Source: a virus | Taxonomy: Duplodnaviria > Caudoviricetes | Strand: one strand, 5' to 3' | Length of the DNA stretch: 58,277 nt | IMG/VR virus record: IMGVR_UViG_3300028829_004880 | Location: 1 to 58,277 of that record | Part shown: in pieces, positions 42,578 through 50,807 of the stretch | Position numbering within the stretch: position 1 is the stretch's first letter | Layout: each line of letters begins with the position of its first letter | Made by a program: the position numbers and the translations under genes | Notes under the pieces: model-generated | The model's database searches: none | What the model saw: only the letters and a program-made list of their open reading frames with translations | What the model was told of the DNA's origin: nothing

Positions 42578-42625
42578 ATCTTTTTCTTTTAATGATACGA
42601 ATTAACAATCGATTTGTAAATAGTT

Positions 42626-42706
42626 GAGACGGTGGAGGGAATCGAACCCACATTTTCAGCTCCTTTTACGGATGACAATTTAGAAAAATGCCTCGGCTAC
42701 ACCGCC
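42626..42706 (-). tRNA. D-armless tRNA-Arg(TCT)-like
   Basis: GGCGGTG/CACCGTC, TAGCCGAG linker, loop TTTCTAA, 23-nt variable region. Confidence 0.6.
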
Positions 42707-42714
42707 ATGTGTTG

Positions 42715-42788
42715 TACACTTACAGGGACTCGAACCCCGAATCTCTCGGTTCGTAGCCGAGTGCTTTATCCAATTAAGCGATAAGTGC
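42715..42788 (-). tRNA. tRNA-Arg(ACG)
   Basis: canonical cloverleaf. Confidence 0.9.
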
Positions 42789-42793
42789 ATTTG

Positions 42794-42866
42794 TGGACCC
42801 ACCCAGAATCAAACTGGGACCCGAAGTTTAGGAAACTTCAATTCTATTCAGTTAAACTATGGTTCC
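42794..42866 (-). tRNA. tRNA-Arg(CCT)
   Basis: GAAGT-TTCCTAA-ACTTC. Confidence 0.8.
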
Positions 42867-42978
42867 ATATACCTAAGATAAAAAGCAGTGTCTAGTTTCA
42901 TACGGTAACTTACTCCTAACTTACTTCCGTGCTGACATACAATAAGGGTTACCACCACGAGTATGCTTCTAGGTATTG

Positions 42979-43048
42979 TACCGAGTACGAGGTTCGAACT
43001 CGCTTAACCATCCATATGAAGGACGGTCCTTTTCCACTAAGCCTCGGC
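42979..43048 (-). tRNA. tRNA-Met(CAT), weak D arm
   Basis: CGTCC-TTCATAT-GGATG. Confidence 0.65.
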
Positions 43049-43060
43049 ATGTGTATATTG

Positions 43061-43132
43061 CTCTAGTGGAGAATTTCGAAATCTCGACCTATCCGTTAAC
43101 AGCGGATTGCTCTGCCTCTGAGCTACACTAGA
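43061..43132 (-). tRNA. tRNA-Asn(GTT)
   Basis: cloverleaf, G73. Confidence 0.88.
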
Positions 43133-43184
43133 ATATTAAAGTGCCAAATTGTTATTTTAATTGGTGATTTGGCACACCAATAAG

Positions 43185-43258
43185 TGGTCCCAGCTGGGCT
43201 CGAACCAGCGACCCTCGCATTATGAGTGCGATACTCTAACCAACTGAGCTATAGGACC
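43185..43258 (-). tRNA. tRNA-CAT (Met or lysidine-type Ile2)
   Basis: canonical cloverleaf, loop CTCATAA. Confidence 0.85.
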
Positions 43259-43278
43259 TGTAAAACATTTCTCTTTTT

Positions 43279-43596
43279 TTAATTTATCATTTCTAACGTA
43301 ATTGCCATCAAAAATGAACCAAGACCAGTACCAAAGAATGTTGCCCATGCATCAACAAGGTCAAATTGACCCTTCTTTAGTAATAAGTCCCAAATAACTT
43401 CCTTAGCTATACCAGCGGCTACACCAGCACCCACACCGACTAACACACCTCTTTCAATGTTATTGAAGGCTGTTCCATCATAAGCGAAGATAAGTCCTAC
43501 TATTACTGAGATACCAAATCCAGCATAGAAATGTAATTTTTTGTCTTTTGGTATTGAACCAATAAAATCTTTAATTTTTTTCATAATTTTTTTCAT
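43279..43596 (-). CDS. small membrane protein
   Basis: DKKLHF..G and KE..WD motifs, TM helices; start moved to 43596 to avoid tRNA overlap. Confidence 0.55.
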   Translation of the reverse strand: MKKIMKKIKDFIGSIPKDKKLHFYAGFGISVIVGLIFAYDGTAFNNIERGVLVGVGAGVAAGIAKEVIWDLLLKKGQFDLVDAWATFFGTGLGSFLMAITLEMIN

Positions 43597-43619
43597 AATA
43601 ATTGTTTTATTATAAATAG

Positions 43620-43699
43620 TCGGGAAAGTGGGATTCGAACCCACGTTTTCAAGTACCGCTACGAATATACATGATATAAGCATGCCTCGCTATATCCCG
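43620..43699 (-). tRNA. D-armless tRNA-Ile(TAT)-like
   Basis: TAGCGAG linker, GCATG-CTTATAT-CATGT, long variable region, canonical T arm. Confidence 0.6.
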
Positions 43700-43790
43700 A
43701 TTGGTGTGCTCATCCTAATGCCTCACATCCCCGAAGGTATGGTTTGCATAACAGGGCTATAGTTCCTGTTCTAAGCGTGGGTAGAACGTG

Positions 43791-43869
43791 TTGCGCTGGT
43801 GGATTCTGAGACCACATTTCCAACACCTTTACGAATATCCAAGTTATCAGCTTGGCTCGGTACAGCGCA
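43791..43869 (-). tRNA. D-armless tRNA-Ile(GAT)-like
   Basis: TACCGAG linker, CCAAG-CTGATAA-CTTGG, long variable region, odd T loop. Confidence 0.55.
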
Positions 43870-43875
43870 ATTTAG

Positions 43876-43958
43876 TTGTGTCGGTGGGAATCGAACCCAC
43901 TTTGTACTTTCGTACCCACGTTATCAGCGTGGTGCCTAAACCATCCAACCCCGACACA
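43876..43958 (-). tRNA. tRNA-Ile(GAT) with variable-arm hairpin
   Basis: CCACG-CTGATAA-CGTGG, GTAC-GAAA-GTAC. Confidence 0.75.
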
Positions 43959-44239
43959 ATGTGGGTGGAAGCCCCATTACTTCCACCTTGTTTTTCTGTT
44001 GTGTTTCCACGTTTTATACATTCTCATTTGGAAACCCATTAACCCAGTACCATGAAACGATACACATTCATCCCAATAAATAGGGTAGTTAATGCTGTAT
44101 TGAATAGCTAAGTATTCTTTACTTGTTTTTGCTTTGTTCAGTTTTGCTCTGTTTCTGTTAATACTCATAAGCTTATAAGTCTGTTGTTTAGCAGACCTTA
44201 AAGCATGTCGAATTCTTTCTTCATAATTTTAAATTTTAG

Positions 44240-44313
44240 CGGACTGACTTGGATTCGAACCAAGACCTTTTCGATTAACAGTCGAAAGCATTTGACCATT
44301 GTGCTACCAGTCC
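44240..44313 (-). tRNA. tRNA-Asn(GTT)
   Basis: cloverleaf, G73. Confidence 0.85.
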
Positions 44314-44370
44314 ATGAAAGAGCTTTGCACTCTATTTGGGGGTCTGGCTTTACCCCTAAGGTTATATGTG

Positions 44371-44444
44371 GGTGACCGACGAGAATCGAACTCGCATTAA
44401 CTGCACCACAAGCAGTCGTGTTAAGCCATTACACTACGGTCACC
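44371..44444 (-). tRNA. tRNA-His(GTG)
   Basis: G-1:C73, loop TTGTGGT. Confidence 0.88.
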
Positions 44445-44658
44445 ATGTCAGTAAACCTGTTTTTGTACAATAAACAAGGTACGTTTATTATTCCAATTTT
44501 GCGTTTACTATCCTGTTTACCAATTCTTTACTTCTCTTAAGTTTATCCTTGATACGTTTGATTTCTTCTTCTGTTGGATTATCGTTTAAGGTATATTCAA
44601 TACCATGTCTCTTACAATAATCAATTACTTCTTTTATATACATAATCTTAATTTTTAG

Positions 44659-44744
44659 CGGAGAGAACTGGACTCGAACCAGCACTACGAATGAACGTAG
44701 AACAACTTTCCAAGCTGCGGCAGTACCATTATGCTTACCTCTCC
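44659..44744 (-). tRNA. tRNA-Ser(GGA)
   Basis: class II, G73. Confidence 0.85.
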
Positions 44745-44803
44745 ATGGGTCCCGTTATAATTTTTACATCTCATCACATCACGGGACCACGGGGATGAGT
44801 TTG

Positions 44804-44898
44804 CGGAGAGAGAGGGATTCGAACCCTCACGCCACCCAGAGGACGAGACGGTTTTCAAAACCGCTACCGTTACCCAGAATCTATCGGTTAACCTCTCC
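44804..44898 (-). tRNA. tRNA-Ser(TGA), enlarged D loop
   Basis: class II, loop TTTGAAA, G73. Confidence 0.8.
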
Positions 44899-44961
44899 GT
44901 TTTGTAGCATTCTAACCTATAAGTTAGACAAGACACCGCTGAGTGCTACACCCAGTCCTCG

Positions 44962-45034
44962 CACAGACGGTAGAAATCGAATCCACCCAGTCGGATTTGG
45001 AATCCAACTCGCCAGCCTTGGGACATTCGCCTGT
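44962..45034 (-). tRNA. tRNA-Trp(CCA), divergent
   Basis: TTGGA-TTCCAAA-TCCGA, G73. Confidence 0.7.
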
Positions 45035-45039
45035 ATTTG

Positions 45040-45112
45040 CACGGGTGGTAGGACTCGAACCTACAGCCAACGGTTTTGGAGACCGCTACTCTACCAATTG
45101 AGCTACACCCGT
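45040..45112 (-). tRNA. tRNA-Trp(CCA)
   Basis: canonical cloverleaf. Confidence 0.9.
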
Positions 45113-45166
45113 GTTTGGACCAAGATGTCAAAGAACTTATTAAAACCTACCGTTGTAGGTTCTGTG

Positions 45167-45238
45167 GGTGTAAGGACGGTATCGAGCCGTCTTCTCTAGA
45201 TTCACAGTCTAACGCTTCACCTTAAAGCTTCAAACACC
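45167..45238 (-). tRNA. tRNA-His(GTG), divergent
   Basis: G-1:C73, loop CTGTGAA, acceptor mismatches. Confidence 0.7.
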
Positions 45239-45438
45239 ATATATTTTAGAGTTTTACAAAAACGACCATCTTTCCATGTTCCTTCTTGAAGGTTAACTCC
45301 CCCTTGTATCCAGACGCATCTGCTATCTTTCTATACTTGTCTACTATCAAATCAAAATTTTCTTTAAAATCTATCATCTTTTCAACTCCTAACTTTCTTC
45401 CTAAATCTCCCTCACTCATATTTCAAATTTTTAAGCAC

Positions 45439-45468
45439 AAAAAAAGCCTTGATATTATATCAAGGCTT
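45439..45468 (-). terminator. attenuator terminator of tRNA array 3
   Basis: GCCTTGATA-TAA-TATCAAGGC + T7. Confidence 0.85.
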
Positions 45469-45492
45469 CGTTAATTTTATATTATTGAATTC

Positions 45493-45591
45493 TTAGAACT
45501 CAATGATGTCATTAAACATACCTTGACCGTTATGGATGCTATTGCGTCTCCAATTACTAATCGAAATCATATGTATGTTTATTGTTCTCAT
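45493..45591 (-). CDS. leader peptide MRTINIHMISISNWRRNSIHNGQGMFNDIIEF
   Basis: hand-translated 32-aa ORF between promoter (45641-45648) and terminator. Confidence 0.8.
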   Translation of the reverse strand: MRTINIHMISISNWRRNSIHNGQGMFNDIIEF

Positions 45592-46421
45592 TTTTCTTTT
45601 TTGTTGTGGGACTATTTGTCCCTTTTAATTAAATACTCTGCAAATATACAAAAGTTATTTCGATTTGTCAAGTATTTTGCAATTTATTTTCAATTTATTT
45701 TAAAAATCGTTGTTTTTAGTGGCTGGTTTCGTGAATACCACTGAAATTACTTGTGGGTCTAAATGTATATTAAAGTATGGAATATCACGATACTTTGCTT
45801 CTAATGTTTTTTTAGCAGCGAATATACTAGGATAATCATTTGGTGATGATACACCAAACTTAACCTTTACTGGAGTTCTCTCATTTGATGGAGAATCAAC
45901 CAAGTGAGTTACATATTTCATTAACTCATCACCATTACCCACCGTGTTATCAGAAGTTATATATGGAGTACCCTCTTTGATATCAGTTTCAGTAGCCATG
46001 GTTGGTAATGATTCTATTGTATTTAAATACCATTCTTGTACTTCATCTGTCATTCTATCATAGTAAACATTAATACTCCATTGCTCACCATTTTGGTCAG
46101 TACCTACGAATGTATCCTCACCAGTCACATCTTCCTTATCTTCGAATGTAACAACACGCTCAGTACCATCTTGGTTACTAATAAACCTTACAGTTGGTGA
46201 TTGATTGTGCCAGCCAACTATCTTAGCTGATGATGCATCATTTGAAGCTAGGCTACTTACACCATCCTCATTGATTCTCTTAATCTTATTGAACGTGTTT
46301 GTGAAGCTTTCAAATATTGCTTTATGTGTATTAGCTCTTAATTTAGCTCTATCTGCGTTGTTATAAAATTTCTTACTTCTCATGATTAAACTCTTTTATT
46401 ATAAATATTGCATTTCTCTTA

Positions 46422-46859
46422 TTAAATTGATTTTTTCAAGATATTCATAACAGATTTCTTGAATTTATCATTTTCTTCTGGTGTAACTCTTAGTTCACCA
46501 CCAAAAGCTCTAGAAAAAACCCTCTCTTTAGATGGATAATCTCCGTCTTCTCGGATATTAATCATGGTTATAGTTCGAGTTAAAAAATTTATAAGATACT
46601 TTACACCTATAGCTTTACTATATTTAACGGGTGGTGGGTTTGTAAAAATATACATTATTTTTTCATCACCAAATAAATCAAACTCTCCAGCTTCACATTT
46701 ATTAAGAGCATCCATTATACTACTTACATCAGTTTTATTTTCATTAGACTCATAAACCACTTCAACGTCTTCCGATACAATACCCTTAGATTCTAAATGT
46801 CTTGATTCAGCTAAAAGGTTAGCCTTCTTAATATGTTTGTCTTTATCGAATCGTCTCAT
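46422..46859 (-). CDS. hypothetical protein with duplicated N-terminal leader
   Basis: first 26 aa identical to 46864-47436. Confidence 0.65.
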   Translation of the reverse strand: MRRFDKDKHIKKANLLAESRHLESKGIVSEDVEVVYESNENKTDVSSIMDALNKCEAGEFDLFGDEKIMYIFTNPPPVKYSKAIGVKYLINFLTRTITMINIREDGDYPSKERVFSRAFGGELRVTPEENDKFKKSVMNILKKSI

Positions 46860-47436
46860 AGTATTAAGCTAATATATCCCCAAAGTCAAAACTAACAGCC
46901 CAACCTCTTAAATTGCAATATTCTTTCCACAATTCACCATTTTTATTTTCATCATATCCAACATAACGTGGATTTCCAACAAAATTCATTGGTTCATGAA
47001 TTTTATCACCAAATTTTCTGTAAAGTGTTTGAGTACTAACACCTCTATATTTAGCGGCACTGGCAGATGAGATAACTTTCTCTATAAACATAATGGCATT
47101 TTTCCATTCAATGGGTGCGTCCATTTGTGCAAGTGCCACATCTACTTTTGGTTTATCAATTGAAAGCCACGTACTTGTTTTTTTAAGTTGGTTAGGTTTT
47201 ACCCCAAGATGATTAAAAAAGCCTTTGTAGGCGATTTTCTGCTCCTTAGACATATTACCATATTTATAATTATGAATCCAAATATCAACCTCATCACTTG
47301 AATATGTTTTCCCACTTCGTTCATCAGTATAGACCTTTCCTTCATCTTCCGTTATAACACCCTTAGATTCTAAATGTCTTGATTCAGCTAAAAGGTTAGC
47401 CTTCTTAATATGTTTGTCTTTATCGAATCGTCTCAT
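46782..47436. repeat. exact 78-bp direct repeat (46782-46859 and 47359-47436)
   Basis: base-by-base comparison. Confidence 0.9.
46864..47436 (-). CDS. hypothetical protein with duplicated N-terminal leader
   Basis: first 26 aa identical to 46422-46859. Confidence 0.65.
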   Translation of the reverse strand: MRRFDKDKHIKKANLLAESRHLESKGVITEDEGKVYTDERSGKTYSSDEVDIWIHNYKYGNMSKEQKIAYKGFFNHLGVKPNQLKKTSTWLSIDKPKVDVALAQMDAPIEWKNAIMFIEKVISSASAAKYRGVSTQTLYRKFGDKIHEPMNFVGNPRYVGYDENKNGELWKEYCNLRGWAVSFDFGDILA

Positions 47437-47447
47437 GTTTATAAATA

Positions 47448-48608
47448 CTATAACATTACCTTAAACTTCTCCGTTTCAAGTTGTTTTATTGCTTTACCCA
47501 TTTCTGGTCCAGCTTCCACACCTAACTCTTTTTGAGCATCAGCACCAGTTACACTCAATCTAAAGTCTATAAATGCGTCAAGCATCTTAGAATCTAAGTT
47601 GATAAATCTACCGAACTTTCTTATTTGTTCATCTGATAACCCAGCGTTAACTTGTTGCTTCTTGAATACAAATACATCCTCTGGGTTATTGAATTGTTGT
47701 AATGCAACCAAGAATGTGATAGCCTTAACCTCAGTACTTGAGTAAGTCAACTTATTAAGTACCTTACCTAACTTATGTGGGTCGTTATCCTTAAGTAACC
47801 AAGCAAGTAGCACAATTGGGTCTCTTTCTTCTAAGAAGTTCTTAGATACACTTAATCCCTTGAATACATCATTGAATAAGTTGTACTTATCTAATAACCC
47901 TAAGAATTGGTTGATTGTCTTTGTTGTCTTAACACCCTTTAAGAATTCATCTCTGATTCTCTCTGGACTAATACCATCAAGACTAGCATCCTTCTTAAGT
48001 GCCGCATCAACGTTTGGTTCCAATTCACTACCAAATCTACCAGCAAATCTAATTGCTCTAAGGATTCTAAGTCTATCTTCTTCAAATCTTTCCTCTGGTG
48101 CGCCAACAGTTCTCACAATACCTTTCTTAAGGTCTGAGATACCACCTACAAGGTCAACTATCTCATTTGTATTTATATCAAAGAAAAGTGCATTGATTGT
48201 AAGGTCACGTCTCTTAACATCTTGGTCAATAGTCGTAAACTCAACTGCATCTGGTCTTCTACCAGAACCTATATCTTTTCTGAATGTTGCGATTTCATAT
48301 TCATCAGTATCACTGAATACATTGATTACTCCGAATGCCTTACCAGTTGGGATAGTCTTGAAACCACCCTTCGCCATTATAGCTTCCACTTGGTCTGGGT
48401 TAGCATCAGTTGCGAGGTCCCAATCCTTAGGTGTTTTACCTAAAAGGGCATCTCTTACAGCACCACCAACAACATACAATTTAAAACCGTTTTTAACAAA
48501 CACGTCTTTAATCTCAAGTATATCACTTGGTATTGTAAGGTTAAACTTAACTCGGTTCTCCGTGATAAGTCCTTCTCTAATTCTATTTCTAATAAATTCT
48601 TTCATCAT
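47448..48608 (-). CDS. cca: CCA-adding enzyme (class II tRNA nucleotidyltransferase)
   Basis: VGGAVRD..G..PKDWD, EIATFR, RRDLTINA, EDRLRILRAIRF, ERIRDE. Confidence 0.9.
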   Translation of the reverse strand: MMKEFIRNRIREGLITENRVKFNLTIPSDILEIKDVFVKNGFKLYVVGGAVRDALLGKTPKDWDLATDANPDQVEAIMAKGGFKTIPTGKAFGVINVFSDTDEYEIATFRKDIGSGRRPDAVEFTTIDQDVKRRDLTINALFFDINTNEIVDLVGGISDLKKGIVRTVGAPEERFEEDRLRILRAIRFAGRFGSELEPNVDAALKKDASLDGISPERIRDEFLKGVKTTKTINQFLGLLDKYNLFNDVFKGLSVSKNFLEERDPIVLLAWLLKDNDPHKLGKVLNKLTYSSTEVKAITFLVALQQFNNPEDVFVFKKQQVNAGLSDEQIRKFGRFINLDSKMLDAFIDFRLSVTGADAQKELGVEAGPEMGKAIKQLETEKFKVML

Positions 48609-48642
48609 AACAAATATAGTCATTTAAATCTTAGTATCCAAA

Positions 48643-49401
48643 TTAATTCCTCATATTTTTACCCAACAACCCTTCACGATACATTCTTGTCTTAATATCC
48701 CTAACCCATCGATTCTTAACCTCAACACTGAAAGTACTAGTCATTGTGTTTAGTGCTGGTGAGTATTTTATCATGTCCTCAAATGTTAATGAATCCCAAA
48801 TCTCACCATACTTACGTTTTAATTGTACTATATTGTGAATTTGTGATTGGATTTCCATTTTATCCGCATTTATTGGTATGCCTTTTTTGGTTATACCTCT
48901 TTCACTAGCCCTTTCTATTCGTTTATTAATATGTTTATTATGTAACGTGTCATCAATCCAATGTACCAATTCATGGTGGATACTACCTTTTATTGATGAT
49001 GAGCTAAACTCATTCATAAAATTACTAAGTTGATTATCTGGTAAATAACTAGCGGCAGATTTTATTGACCCACCATTATCCTTTATAAAACTTATAGCAC
49101 TTGTGTTTGGACCAATAGATATTACATGTTCTGTTGGGGCATAGAAATTACCTCCACCCTCATTAATAAGTATAATACAAAGATTAAGTTTGTCTGCTTT
49201 TACTGCTAAGGGTGATTTTAATGTTGATGTATTAATCAGTGTTTTCTTAAACATATCATCCGTGATAATTCCAGTTTTATCAATTTCCTCATAATCCTTT
49301 TTAAAATAAGTATCATAAATGAAATCCACATCATCAGTAACATCCATAAGGCGTTCCTCAATTAATGATTCTCTAATTCTATTTCTAATAAATTCTTTCA
49401 T
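48643..49401 (-). CDS. HExxH zincin-like protein with MKEFIRNRIRE leader
   Basis: IHHELVHW motif. Confidence 0.5.
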   Translation of the reverse strand: MKEFIRNRIRESLIEERLMDVTDDVDFIYDTYFKKDYEEIDKTGIITDDMFKKTLINTSTLKSPLAVKADKLNLCIILINEGGGNFYAPTEHVISIGPNTSAISFIKDNGGSIKSAASYLPDNQLSNFMNEFSSSSIKGSIHHELVHWIDDTLHNKHINKRIERASERGITKKGIPINADKMEIQSQIHNIVQLKRKYGEIWDSLTFEDMIKYSPALNTMTSTFSVEVKNRWVRDIKTRMYREGLLGKNMRN

Positions 49402-49865
49402 ATGTTCATAAACATTTCAACATTGTGACCAGAGTCTATAAGTGTTTGGAAACCAAATGATTTATAGAAACCTACAAGGTCATTTATTCTAAGCCCTTTG
49501 AATCCCATTGGTGACGCATTCAAGTACATTATGTTATCACCCTCACTTCTAGCATATGCAATGCTTTTCTGCATAAGTGCCTTTCCAATTCCAGTACCCT
49601 TAGCTTTATCTTCAACATCTAAATGTTCTATCTTAGTAAATCTATCGTTGGGGAACAATTTATTGTAATCATTATCATCAAAATCTATGTCTGGGTCTTC
49701 TATAGCGTCCTCAAATTCTCTATAAGCATCGAATATCATTACTATAACTATCTTACCAAGTGTTTCTCTATTTTTGATAGCACTTATAGTTACCCCGTCT
49801 TCATCCTCATCATAATCAAAGATAAGTTCATTCATTGCATCCTCATATAAAGACATTAATTTCAT
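49398..49865 (-). CDS. GNAT acetyltransferase
   Basis: V...KGTGIGKALM and FYKSFGF motifs; start moved to 49865. Confidence 0.8.
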   Translation of the reverse strand: MKLMSLYEDAMNELIFDYDEDEDGVTISAIKNRETLGKIVIVMIFDAYREFEDAIEDPDIDFDDNDYNKLFPNDRFTKIEHLDVEDKAKGTGIGKALMQKSIAYARSEGDNIMYLNASPMGFKGLRINDLVGFYKSFGFQTLIDSGHNVEMFMNI

Positions 49866-49888
49866 ACTAATAAATACTTCATATAAAT

Positions 49889-49919
49889 AAAAAAAGCCCC
49901 ACCAGTAAAGGTAGGGCTT
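49889..49919 (-). terminator. intrinsic terminator after large ncRNA candidate
   Basis: GCCCTACC..GGTGGGGC + T run. Confidence 0.6.
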
Positions 49920-49967
49920 CTTAAAAAAAACAACTTTAATACAGTTCACAGTAATACGTGAACATAG

Positions 49968-50443
49968 TGGGGGAAATTAAAAGGAATCTTCTTAACACCT
50001 CTAGCATTTGGATTAATTCGGATTCGAACCGTTTTCTACCTCATTACACACATATCTAAGCGGTAGCCTAGATTCTTCTCCGTCATTAGACTCTCGAAGC
50101 GGTATTCCTACCTTATGCATTGCCTTAACCCACTAATCAAAGGTTATTAGGCTACAAGACTGGATTTATGTATTTACCAGTAAATGAGGCTACAAGTAGA
50201 TAATTACATCTAGCTTTGCCTTTCAAATGTACTAACGTTGGACCGACTGTTAGGAATATTTGCTTGACTCAACTACTAACTCCCAAAGGAAGCTTCGCCT
50301 GTATCATCTAACATCTACCCTGTCCATTCTTAAGCAGTTTGCCATCAGAATCCCACCATAGGAACGTCATCTCTTATCACCCCTGTAGGTAGTGATTATT
50401 CGAGCATAATTGTCATGTTCATGTGCCCATAAACATGCCCCCA
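49968..50443 (-). ncRNA. candidate ~475-nt structured ncRNA
   Basis: ORF-free, own promoter and terminator, ends TGGGGG/CCCCCA, internal GGTTCGAATCC. Confidence 0.55.
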
Positions 50444-50807
50444 TAAAATTAAAGAACTTGTTTTAATGATTCCGAAGAATCGTTGCACAAATATACTACA
50501 TTTATTTCCTCGTGTCAAGTATATTTATGTTTTTTTTTATTTTTTTTTTAATAATGAGCTTATCCTCGATTACGATGCATCTTTCTACACATCTTATTTC
50601 TTTTCTTATTTGCTCGTTTACCTTTTCGACCCTTCTTTTTATTTTTCTTACCGCCTGGGTAACCAGGTCCATAAGAAGCTTCAATACTATAACTTGTCTT
50701 CTCAGCAACAATACCATCATTGGCAAGGCTTGAAAAAGACATTAGTAGAAATAATGTAATAATGATTTTCATAACAATTTGTTTATTTATATATACATAC
50801 AAATATA

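Noticed and set aside
47860-48627. 255-aa plus-strand ORF and similar antisense ORFs
   Set aside because: Antisense to well-supported genes such as cca, with no recognisable motifs.
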